Program-made: the position numbers and the translations under genes
The notes under the pieces: generated by a model
The model's database searches: none
What the model saw: only the letters and a program-made list of their open reading frames with translations
Told to the model about the DNA's origin: nothing
NCBI GenBank assembly: GCA_037442925.1
Contig: JBBIPG010000011.1
Coordinates: 1 to 46,696, forward strand
Direction of reading: 5' to 3'
Source: Candidatus Fraserbacteria bacterium
GTDB lineage: Bacteria; Bipolaricaulota; Bipolaricaulia; RBG-16-55-9
DNA: 46,696 nt
In this document: positions 37,264 to 45,210 of the stretch, piece after piece
Position numbering within the stretch: the stretch's first letter is position 1
How the letters are laid out: each line of letters starts with the position of its first letter

Positions 37264-39012
37264 ATGCCCAGGGTGATTCGCGGGAAGGTGTTCATCGTCG
37301 GCGATGACGTGAACACCGATGAGATCATCCCGGCTCGTTACTGTACCACTACAGATCTAGATAGCATGGGGGCTCATGCTCTCGAGGACCTTCACGAATC
37401 GAAGAATCTTTTTGGTCTTCCCTTTAAGCCAGGTGAGTATAAAATCCTGATCGCCGGTGAGAATTTCGGCTGCGGAAGCTCACGAGAGGTCGCTCCCGTG
37501 GCTCTACAGAAAGCCGGCATCGAGGCCGTCATCGCAAAATCGTTCGCGCGCATCTTCTATCGTAACTCCGTCAACATGGGACTGCCCATCTCTAAGAACA
37601 CAGCACTCGCTCCACCAAAGATCAAGACGGGAGACACGGTAGAAATCAAACTGAATGATGAATTCTATGCCGGTATGGCTCCCGTCCATCGACACATCTT
37701 GGAAGCGGGTGGTTTAACTGCCTTCAATCGAAGCGGAGCACGCCTCCAGCAGCCGACGGCTCCCCCGCGCCCAATGACCCTGGCTGAAAAGATCTTGGCT
37801 AAGGCAGCAGGCATCGAATACGTGAAACCGGGCATGACCCTCTACGCCGATGTGGATCGCGTGATCACCCACGAACTCACGCTTCCCGTGGCAGCCGAGC
37901 AGATGTATCGCGCCTATGGACGGGATTTCAAGATCAAAGACCCGGAGAAGATTCTCTTCGTGGCCGATCACACCATTCAGATCCCGCTCATCCGCGACGA
38001 CTGGAAATCTCAAGAGATGGTCCAGAAGGCAAGCGTCTTCGCCAAAGAACAGAACTTGCCCTACGCGTTCTTGCCACCGGCGCCATTCGTGAGTTGGGGC
38101 ATATGCCACGTGCTCTTCCCGGAGAAGGGGCTCGTCCGTCCTGACACACTCGTAGTGGGCACAGACTCTCACACGTGCACTCACGGAGCGTTCGGCTGCT
38201 TCGCCTTTGGAATTGGAAATACTGATCTCACGGAAATCATGGCATCGGGGCATCTACTCGTCGACGTCCCAGAAACAATCCTCGTAGAGCTCACGGGAAA
38301 GCTGCCCAAGGGCGTCTACGCCAAAGACGCCATTCTCTATATTCTAAGCCAGGTCACCATGAACGGTTTTACGAATTGTGTAGTAGAGTTTAGTGGATCG
38401 GCCATTCCGCATCTTACATCCGATGACCGCTCGACCATTGCCAACATGACCGTCGAGGGCGGAGCGACCTGTGGGATCTTCCCGGTAGGCAAACTGCACT
38501 CTGACCCAGATGCCCAGTACGCGAAGAGATTCTCGTTCGATCTCTCGAAACTCACACCCTATGTGGCAAGGCCCTATAAACCTGACAATGGAGTGCCCAT
38601 CTCTGAGCTGGAAGAGGAGGTGAAGATCGATGTCTGCTGGGTGGGCAGCTGCACGGGTGGAAAGCTAGAGGATGTGGCAGCGGCAACCCAGATTGTGAGG
38701 GAGCGTCAAGTCTCGCGCACTGTGAGGTTCATCGTTTCTCCTGCCACACTCGGCGTGTGGGAAGAAGCAGGCCGTCGAGGCTGCTCGCGCTGGCTGCTCG
38801 AGGCGGGAGCAGAGCTTGTGCCGCCTTCCTGCGGAGCCTGCATTGCCATGGGACCTGGGACACTACGGGTGGAGCAGGTCGGCGTCTTCTCCTCGAATCG
38901 GAATTTCAAGGGCCGCTCCGGGCTGGGGGCTGTCTATCTGGCTTCTCCGGCTACGGTGGCCGCGTCTGCCATTCGAGGCCGGATCACAGATCCACGGGAA
39001 TTCCTTGACTGA
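37264..39012 (+). CDS. Fused LeuD-LeuC type (isopropylmalate/homoaconitate dehydratase family) aconitase-superfamily protein
   Basis: N-terminal small-subunit motifs ([29 protein letters not shown]), then large-subunit motifs (TLAEKIL, DH, DSHTCT, GSCTGG, CGAC, SNRNF.GR). Confidence 0.92.
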   Translation: MPRVIRGKVFIVGDDVNTDEIIPARYCTTTDLDSMGAHALEDLHESKNLFGLPFKPGEYKILIAGENFGCGSSREVAPVALQKAGIEAVIAKSFARIFYRNSVNMGLPISKNTALAPPKIKTGDTVEIKLNDEFYAGMAPVHRHILEAGGLTAFNRSGARLQQPTAPPRPMTLAEKILAKAAGIEYVKPGMTLYADVDRVITHELTLPVAAEQMYRAYGRDFKIKDPEKILFVADHTIQIPLIRDDWKSQEMVQKASVFAKEQNLPYAFLPPAPFVSWGICHVLFPEKGLVRPDTLVVGTDSHTCTHGAFGCFAFGIGNTDLTEIMASGHLLVDVPETILVELTGKLPKGVYAKDAILYILSQVTMNGFTNCVVEFSGSAIPHLTSDDRSTIANMTVEGGATCGIFPVGKLHSDPDAQYAKRFSFDLSKLTPYVARPYKPDNGVPISELEEEVKIDVCWVGSCTGGKLEDVAAATQIVRERQVSRTVRFIVSPATLGVWEEAGRRGCSRWLLEAGAELVPPSCGACIAMGPGTLRVEQVGVFSSNRNFKGRSGLGAVYLASPATVAASAIRGRITDPREFLD

Positions 39013-39022
39013 GATGAACTTG

Positions 39023-39052
39023 TTGCCTTCACCTCGCTACACTGGCTATAAT
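39023..39052 (+). promoter_or_regulatory. Sigma70 promoter for the NYN gene
   Basis: TTGCCT-18-TATAAT. Confidence 0.55.
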
Positions 39053-39145
39053 GGGCCGACGCGCTTTGGGGAATATCGATCTTTGATAGCTCGGGTGAAG
39101 TCCATTCTTCCCATCTTCTTTTTCATTTCTCAGAAAGGAGCGGGG

Positions 39146-39949
39146 ATGGAGAATCGTCCGGAGGCGCAGAATAGTGCCGTTTTTGTGGATTTGGAGAACA
39201 TCTTCATCGGCTTTCGTAAACAGTATGGTCGGGAGCTACTCGCCAAAGAACTTACCGAGAAAGCGCGGTCGTTCGGCGGCGTCAAATTCATTCAAGTCTA
39301 TGCCGACTTCAGTGAGCTGACATACCCCGAATGGTTCAAGCTGGAACTAGACAACGAGGGCATTCAGGCGATCAATGTCCCCAAGGAACGTGATCGGGAT
39401 GGGCGGCCTACCAAGAACAAGATCGACGTCCGGATCGTGGTGGACATCTTCCGCACGCTGGCCTTCCGGCCAGAGATTCAGCGCTACGTTTTCATGACGG
39501 GGGATAAGATCTTCCTCGATGTTCTAAATCTCGTCAGAAACGACTTCGGCAAGGAAGTGGTTGTCTGTGGCATCGAAGGGACGGTGGCCCAAGTCCTGCA
39601 AGAGGCCGCCTACTTTGAGCCTTTCAGCGTTCGAAGCGACTACGACGGGCAGCTAAGTCGCTTTGTGGCGCTCATGGATCGACTGGAACACCGCATCCTC
39701 GACGGCACATACAACTATCTCGGCTGGAAGTTGATCATTGACCAACTGGCCGAGAGCCCCGAGTTTGGCTTCGCCGAGTGGGCCGAGGCCCGCGAATTCT
39801 TCGAGCGCATCAAGCGGGAGGGGAAGATCCTGTTCAAGTTCTATCCGGGCGAGAGCCGTGAGATCGAGGCCTATCGGCTGGATCGCAAGAACCCATTGGT
39901 ACGTAAGATCCTAGGCTTGGACGAGCCGGCGGCGGCTCCAAGGAGGTGA
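39146..39949 (+). CDS. NYN-domain (LabA/DUF88, PIN-like) protein
   Basis: Start MENRP after AGGAG; VFVDLENI, VYADF, DVRIVVD, MTGDKIF, GKEVVVCG. Confidence 0.88.
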   Translation: MENRPEAQNSAVFVDLENIFIGFRKQYGRELLAKELTEKARSFGGVKFIQVYADFSELTYPEWFKLELDNEGIQAINVPKERDRDGRPTKNKIDVRIVVDIFRTLAFRPEIQRYVFMTGDKIFLDVLNLVRNDFGKEVVVCGIEGTVAQVLQEAAYFEPFSVRSDYDGQLSRFVALMDRLEHRILDGTYNYLGWKLIIDQLAESPEFGFAEWAEAREFFERIKREGKILFKFYPGESREIEAYRLDRKNPLVRKILGLDEPAAAPRR

Positions 39950-39956
39950 TCCTTAC

Positions 39957-40085
39957 ATGCTGGACCGAGATTGGGATCGTCCGTTTGAGCTTCGCGGTGA
40001 GGATCCCGACAGCGAGGACTGGGACGATGATGATTGGGAGGACAACGAGGAGTGGGATGAGGACGACGAAGACGACGACTATTGA
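39957..40085 (+). CDS. Small highly acidic peptide (42 aa), not in the ORF track
   Basis: SD AAGGAGGTGA overlapping the NYN stop; MLDRDWDRPFELRGEDPDSEDWDDDDWEDNEEWDEDDEDDDY*. Confidence 0.7.
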   Translation: MLDRDWDRPFELRGEDPDSEDWDDDDWEDNEEWDEDDEDDDY

Positions 40086-40096
40086 TCTTTGAGAGG

Positions 40097-40336
40097 TGAG
40101 GGCTTGGTCCGCGGAGCCCCCCGTCTTTGGGGAAGAGCTACTCTGGGGAAAATCCCACGCACAAGGAGGCAAACTGCGCGGGCAAAACCCCGTAGCTGGT
40201 GGAGTCTTGACTCCACACACGGAGGGCACCGCGGCCAAGCCAGGTAAGGAGGTGAGTCTCACTCGGGAAGTGAGAGGATAAATCCATCATCTTGCCCTCC
40301 TTCAGTTCAAGTTGGCCTTGCGGCCCTCATGACGCA
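40097..40336 (-). ncRNA. Candidate structured non-coding RNA (family unassigned)
   Basis: Long interrupted rod 40101-40241 with nested stems; two C.A mismatches become G.U on the minus strand; upstream minus-strand promoter. Confidence 0.5.
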
Positions 40337-40342
40337 TATCAT

Positions 40343-40371
40343 ATTATATCGCTAAGAGAGAACCACTGCAA
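40343..40371 (-). promoter_or_regulatory. Sigma70 promoter pointing into the structured intergenic region
   Basis: Minus-strand TTGCAG(40366-40371)-17-TATAAT(40343-40348). Confidence 0.6.
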
Positions 40372-40416
40372 CCCGATCTGTACGCGGGTCTGCAATGGCT
40401 GCTGGGGGAGAGTAGA

Positions 40417-41490
40417 GTGGCGCTGATCCAAATCCTCGACCTGGATGGCCGAGTCAAGCATGATGAGGAGCTAGCGCTCAGCGAGAAAGATCTCGTAGAA
40501 CTCCACCGTTGGATGACGCTGATACGAGTGCTAGACACGCGGATGCTGAGCCTGCAGCGTCAAGGTCGCATTGGCTTCTATGGGGTGGCTACGGGAGAAG
40601 AAGCGGCCGTCATCGGCAGCGCCTATGCCCTCCAAAAACAAGATTGGATCTTCCCAGCTCTTCGGCAGGGCGGCGCGGCGCTCATGAGAGGAATGCCTCT
40701 TACACTGCTCATAGCACAGTGCTACGGGAACTCTCTCGATGTGCAGAAGGGGCGCCAAATGCCTTGCCACTACTCTTACAAGCCAGCGAACTTCGTAGCT
40801 TGGTCCAGCTGTATCGGGACTCAACTTCCCCATGCGGTAGGAGCAGCTTGGGCTGCCAAACTTAAGAAAGATCCCATCGTCGTGATGGCGTACCTGGGAG
40901 ATGGGGCCACTTCTGAGGGAGATTTCCACGTATCGCTGAACTTCGCGGGAGTCTTTAAGCTCCCTGTGGTTTTCACGTGTCAAAACAACCAGTGGGCCAT
41001 CTCTGTCCCGTTCCGTCGTCAGACGGCTTCGGAAAGTATTGCCATCAAAGCGAGAGCGTATGGCTTCGAGGGCGTTCAAGTCGATGGCAACGATGTGTTA
41101 GCTGTGTATCGGGTTGCGAGAGAAGCTGTAGAGAAAGCCCGTGCCGGAGGCGGCCCGACGTTGATTGAAGCGGTGACTTATCGCCTGGAGGGACATTCTT
41201 CATCTGACGACCCCACGCGCTATCGGGACGAGGAGGAAGTTCAAGAGTGGAAGAAGCGAGACCCCATTGAAAGATTCCGCAAATACCTTGAACGAGAGGG
41301 TCTGTGGAATGCACGCAAAGAAGCTCAATTACAAGAAGAGCTGAACATGCAAATCACCCAGGCGATCAAAGAAGCCGAGGCCGCTCCGCTGCCATCGGTC
41401 GAGAGCCTGTTTGAGGATGTCTATGCCGAGATGCCGACACACTTGAAAGAACAGCTGGCGTATCTCAGACACTTCGTGAGCAAGGAATGA
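40417..41490 (+). CDS. pdhA: 2-oxoacid (pyruvate/branched-chain) dehydrogenase E1 alpha subunit
   Basis: QRQGRIGFY, GDGATSEGDF..NN ThDP motif, YRLEGHSSSDDP.RYR. The GRQMPCHY motif is also typical of the branched-chain type. Confidence 0.9.
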   Translation: MALIQILDLDGRVKHDEELALSEKDLVELHRWMTLIRVLDTRMLSLQRQGRIGFYGVATGEEAAVIGSAYALQKQDWIFPALRQGGAALMRGMPLTLLIAQCYGNSLDVQKGRQMPCHYSYKPANFVAWSSCIGTQLPHAVGAAWAAKLKKDPIVVMAYLGDGATSEGDFHVSLNFAGVFKLPVVFTCQNNQWAISVPFRRQTASESIAIKARAYGFEGVQVDGNDVLAVYRVAREAVEKARAGGGPTLIEAVTYRLEGHSSSDDPTRYRDEEEVQEWKKRDPIERFRKYLEREGLWNARKEAQLQEELNMQITQAIKEAEAAPLPSVESLFEDVYAEMPTHLKEQLAYLRHFVSKE

Positions 41491-41512
41491 CATCGCCTTC
41501 GCTTCTATACCC

Positions 41513-41860
41513 TCAGTTTTGTGCGAGTATCAAGTGGATCCCTCGTAACACTTGAGTCAACTGGACCTTCGACACTTGTCCGACGCAGTCGGTCAGCTCC
41601 TCCTTATTCAACGTGATGATCTGAGAGACGTTGGCCACAGAGTCCTTGGGGAGACCAGTCTGCTCCGCATGCAGGAGGACATTACCGGGTGCACGACTGA
41701 GTCGCAGGTTCGAGGTAAGAACGACACAGATGACGGTTCGAATACGGCTTCGATTGAAGGCATTGCTTTGCACAACCAGCAGTGGACGGCGATAGGCAGG
41801 TTCGGAGCCTCTGGGCCGTGGCAGATCAGCCCACCAGATCTCCCCTTGAGAGATCACCAT
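41513..41860 (-). CDS. PemK/MazF family toxin
   Basis: QGEIWWADL..P.GSEP..RRP.LVVQ...FN.S.I.TV, LTSN, DSVANVSQI. Confidence 0.95.
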   Translation of the reverse strand: MVISQGEIWWADLPRPRGSEPAYRRPLLVVQSNAFNRSRIRTVICVVLTSNLRLSRAPGNVLLHAEQTGLPKDSVANVSQIITLNKEELTDCVGQVSKVQLTQVLRGIHLILAQN

Positions 41861-42090
41861 GCCTCCCGACCGATCGCCTTACTCTGCGCCTCAGAAAGAT
41901 CTCGATCAAGGGCTGAGTCCTCTTGGGTGTAGATCTCATCGAGCGTTGTAGTCACGACATCTTGTCGATAGGTGCTTAGGAGGCGCTGCAGTGCCTCAGC
42001 GTATAATCTGCTGCGCGACATCTTGAGCTTCTGAGCCAGACGTTCCGCTTCCTCAAAGACCGAATCAGGGACGGAAATGGCAACTTTCAT
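41854..42090 (-). CDS. Ribbon-helix-helix antitoxin
   Basis: MKVAISVPDSVFEEAERLA..L.MSRSRLY; overlaps the toxin start. Confidence 0.9.
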   Translation of the reverse strand: MKVAISVPDSVFEEAERLAQKLKMSRSRLYAEALQRLLSTYRQDVVTTTLDEIYTQEDSALDRDLSEAQSKAIGREAW

Positions 42091-42096
42091 ACCCTA

Positions 42097-42125
42097 AGTA
42101 TAACACATGTTCATACTCAAGGCAA
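42097..42125 (-). promoter_or_regulatory. TA promoter/operator (leaderless)
   Basis: Minus-strand TTGCCT-17-(TGt)TATACT, 6 nt before the ATG; AGTAT-N11-ATACT inverted repeat over the -10. Confidence 0.6.
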
Positions 42126-42139
42126 GAGAATGCGATGGT

Positions 42140-42337
42140 TCAAGGTATCTGGAGCTTCTCTGCCGGTATGTGGATGTATTTGTCTCCCTCTTCGATGAGC
42201 ATGATGGGGATTTCGTCTTTGATGGGGTATTTACGATTGCACTGGCGGCAGATGAGCCAATGATCTTTCACCAATTCCACTCGCGTCTTGCACGCTGGGC
42301 AGGCTAGTACTTCTAATAATTGCTCACTGACGGCCAC
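42140..42337 (-). CDS. Trm112-family (YcaR-like) protein
   Basis: LLEVLACPACK...LICRQC.RKYPI.DEIPIML. Confidence 0.92.
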   Translation of the reverse strand: MAVSEQLLEVLACPACKTRVELVKDHWLICRQCNRKYPIKDEIPIMLIEEGDKYIHIPAEKLQIP

Positions 42338-42436
42338 AGATGCATACCTCCGCTTTCCGTTGACCCAATTCGCAACAATGTATAGAAGGACACATGGGAA
42401 TGCAACTTCGTTTTCCGGCTAACGCTCGCCTCGTCG

Positions 42437-43510
42437 TCAGTCAGCTGTGGCTTCTAAGATTCGCCCGTCCCTAGGAGAAAACCCTAGCGTGATCTCTCTA
42501 CCTTCTGACTTGAGAAGCTCACCATCGGGATCGGTCACTTTCACAAGCCATTGCTCGCTTCCGCTCTCTACGTGGAGCAGAACCGCATCTCCCAGAAACT
42601 CCACTCCGGCCACAACTCCCTGAATGCGATTCTCGCTCTGCTCATTAAGACGCAGTCGTTCCGGGCGCACGAGAAAGTAGACTCGCTTGCCCACTTCAAT
42701 TGGACCACTTGTGCAATCAACAAGCATCATTCTCTGATCATCTCCCAATTGCAGATGGACTCGCCCGTCTGCCACATCGATCACACGACCCTGCAAGAGG
42801 TTCCCTCGCCCCACAAACCCAGCAACGAAGGTCGTAGCCGGTTCATAGTAGATCCGCGAAGGGGTGCCCACTTGCTCCAAGTGTCCCTGATTCATCACGG
42901 CTACGCGATCCGAGATGGCCAACGCCTCCTCTTGATCGTGCGTGACATAAAGCGTCGTGACTTGCAGTTGGCGCTGAATCTTTCGGATCTCCAGGCGTAG
43001 CCGCTCGCGCAGTTGCACATCGAGAGCACTCAAGGGTTCATCGAGCAGAAGAATTTTCGGGTTGGGCGCAAGGGCGCGCGCGAGAGCCACCCTCTGCTGC
43101 TGACCTGCTGAAAGCTCACTCGGCCGACGATTCTCTAAACCGGAGAGCCCAATTAACTCGAGGAGCTCTTGCACTCTGCGATGCTTGTCGATGGAAGTCG
43201 TGACGAACTTCAGGCCGTAGGCAATGTTTTCGAAAACGTTCATGTGCGGGAAGAGCGCGTAGTTTTGAAACACAATACCGACTCCACGCTCTTCGGGAGG
43301 CGAATGGGAAATGCTTTGGCCGTCCAGCTCGATCACTCCCGAATCAGGAACTTCAAAACCGGCAATGAGCCGCAGAGTAGTCGTCTTGCCACAGCCGCTG
43401 GGCCCCACCAGAGTGAGCAGTTCCCCGGCCTCAATGGCCAGTGTAAGATCGTCCACGGCAGTGACGCGCGCGAAACACTTCGTCAGCTTCTTCAGCGTGA
43501 GTCGAGCCAT
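42437..43510 (-). CDS. ABC transporter ATP-binding protein (thiamine, ThiQ/PotA-like)
   Basis: GPSGCGKT, LSAGQQQRVALARA, LLLDEP, VTHDQEEA, C-terminal TOBE-like region. Confidence 0.92.
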   Translation of the reverse strand: MARLTLKKLTKCFARVTAVDDLTLAIEAGELLTLVGPSGCGKTTTLRLIAGFEVPDSGVIELDGQSISHSPPEERGVGIVFQNYALFPHMNVFENIAYGLKFVTTSIDKHRRVQELLELIGLSGLENRRPSELSAGQQQRVALARALAPNPKILLLDEPLSALDVQLRERLRLEIRKIQRQLQVTTLYVTHDQEEALAISDRVAVMNQGHLEQVGTPSRIYYEPATTFVAGFVGRGNLLQGRVIDVADGRVHLQLGDDQRMMLVDCTSGPIEVGKRVYFLVRPERLRLNEQSENRIQGVVAGVEFLGDAVLLHVESGSEQWLVKVTDPDGELLKSEGREITLGFSPRDGRILEATAD

Positions 43511-43520
43511 CTTTCCGATT

Positions 43521-45185
43521 CTATCTCCGGCGAAACATGCGCTCCCCTTGACGTTCCAGCAGAACGAACGCACATGCTGAGACGAGGATCATGAGGGTGC
43601 TCATGGCACTCGCGGCTCCCAAAGCTCGCCGAGAGTCCAGAAAATGATAGACGGCTATGGGCATCGTCTTCAATCCCGGACGAGCTAGAAGCAGTGTTGC
43701 GCTCATCTCCCCCAAGCTGAGCGCAAATGCAAAGAGCCCACCCACCAGCACAGCCCCTCTCAAAAGCGGGAGTTCTATATCAAAAAACGCCTGACCGCGC
43801 TTCGCTCCCAGTACGCGGGCAGCCTCGATCAACGATCGCTCGAAGGATTCCAGTAAGGGCACAGTCGCTCGCACCACGAACGGGTAGATGATGACGGCGT
43901 GTGCGATCACGATGGCTAGCCAAGTACCGCTAATCCTCAAGGGCGGCGCCAGATACGCTCGCAAGAGGGCAAACCCCAGAACAACGGAAGACGTAGCGAT
44001 GGGGGCCATGAGTAGGGCATCGAGCAGACGGCTCCCCCGCAGGCGTAGACGAGTCACGCCAAACGCGATGGCCATTCCCAACGGCAATGCCAGAGCCACA
44101 GCTCCCAACCCGAACCCCAAACTATTGAGGACCGCGCGAAGTGGCGCGTCTGCGATCAGCGGGTCGTAGTCGGGCTGGAAGATGTACCGATACCATTCGA
44201 GCGTAAGCGCTGTGCCCTGAGGGGTCTGTGCAAGAAATGAATCGACGAAGACGGCCAGCACCGGCCCGACAAAGAGGAGCACACTAATCATTATGAAGGC
44301 CCAGAGCAGAAGTCTTCCGGGTTGAAGCGCCTGTCTCCAACTGGTGAAGAGGGGTTCCTTGACAGTTCTCCGAACGAGGAGAGTCTCGCGAGCGAAGAAG
44401 CCTCCCAGTCTCAGATACCCATAAGTGAAGAGCAGCGAGAAGGAGAGTCCGATGAGGGCCAGCGCTGCCCCCGTGGGTCGGTCGAGGAGAGTCACCACGC
44501 GCGTATAGACTTCGACTTCTATCGTAGGGTAGCGCCCGCCACCAAGAGTGAGCACAATGGGAAAACTCAAGAAGCAGAAGATGAAGACGATGGACATACT
44601 GCTTAGTAAGGCAGGCAGAAGCTGCGGCAGCGCGATGTCCGTGAACACCCGCCAGCGACTTGCCCCAAGTGCTCTCGCGCTCTCCTCATAGCTAGGATCT
44701 AGCCGTTCCCAAGCGGCGTTCACCGTCCTTGCGATGAGTGGTGCATTGTAGAAAGCGTGGGCCAACACAATCGCCCAAAGCGAGTAGAGAATCTTAAGTG
44801 GAGGCTCAGGCAAGTTGAATAGCGCCATGAACGCCTGATTGATCCAACCGTTAAAGCCAAAGAGGATCGTAAACCCCAAAGCGACTGTGACCGCAGGCAG
44901 CACGAAGGGAACGATCGTCAAAGACTTTACCAGTCGTTTGCCAGGAAAGTCGTACCGTGTGAGAAGATAGGCCAGTGGAAACCCGAGAGCCACGCTCGCC
45001 AGCGTACTCAAGAAGGCTTGCTCGATCGTCTTGCCGATCACCAAGCGAAAGTAGGAGTCGGCGAGGATCTCCCCGACTTTCAAGAGTCCCTGGCGCAACA
45101 GGCTGCCTATGGGGTAGTAGAAGAAAACCCCTAGAAAGGCAAGAGGAAGGCCGATGAGCGCTACGCGGGCTGCCAGTCTTCTCAG
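43521..45185 (-). CDS. thiP: ABC transporter permease (ThiP/FbpB-type, two permease repeats)
   Basis: EESARALGA and EAARVLGA motifs. The frame extends upstream of 45098 through a TM helix; the true start is uncertain. Confidence 0.85.
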   Translation of the reverse strand: MRRLAARVALIGLPLAFLGVFFYYPIGSLLRQGLLKVGEILADSYFRLVIGKTIEQAFLSTLASVALGFPLAYLLTRYDFPGKRLVKSLTIVPFVLPAVTVALGFTILFGFNGWINQAFMALFNLPEPPLKILYSLWAIVLAHAFYNAPLIARTVNAAWERLDPSYEESARALGASRWRVFTDIALPQLLPALLSSMSIVFIFCFLSFPIVLTLGGGRYPTIEVEVYTRVVTLLDRPTGAALALIGLSFSLLFTYGYLRLGGFFARETLLVRRTVKEPLFTSWRQALQPGRLLLWAFIMISVLLFVGPVLAVFVDSFLAQTPQGTALTLEWYRYIFQPDYDPLIADAPLRAVLNSLGFGLGAVALALPLGMAIAFGVTRLRLRGSRLLDALLMAPIATSSVVLGFALLRAYLAPPLRISGTWLAIVIAHAVIIYPFVVRATVPLLESFERSLIEAARVLGAKRGQAFFDIELPLLRGAVLVGGLFAFALSLGEMSATLLLARPGLKTMPIAVYHFLDSRRALGAASAMSTLMILVSACAFVLLERQGERMFRRR

Positions 45186-45210
45186 CGTGATCGACTCATC
45201 CTTGTTCTTC

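Noticed and set aside
38816..39145. N-terminal extension of the NYN ORF
   Set aside because: Overlaps the dehydratase gene and spans a promoter; the SD supports ATG 39146.
40084..40200. Partial resemblance to SAM-I (ATC..GAGAGGTGAGGG..TGG), c-di-GMP-I (GGCAAAC) and c-di-AMP (AACCCCGTAG) riboswitches
   Set aside because: The other required core motifs are missing in each case, and strand evidence favours the minus strand.
40185..40216. CTCCACCA followed by GGGG on the minus strand, suggesting tRNA or permuted tmRNA
   Set aside because: No T-loop (TTCGA) and no cloverleaf or acceptor pairing.
39834..40262. 142-aa minus ORF with a Val/Ile-rich TM-like stretch
   Set aside because: The hydrophobic run is simply the reverse complement of the GAC/GAT/GAG codons of the acidic peptide.
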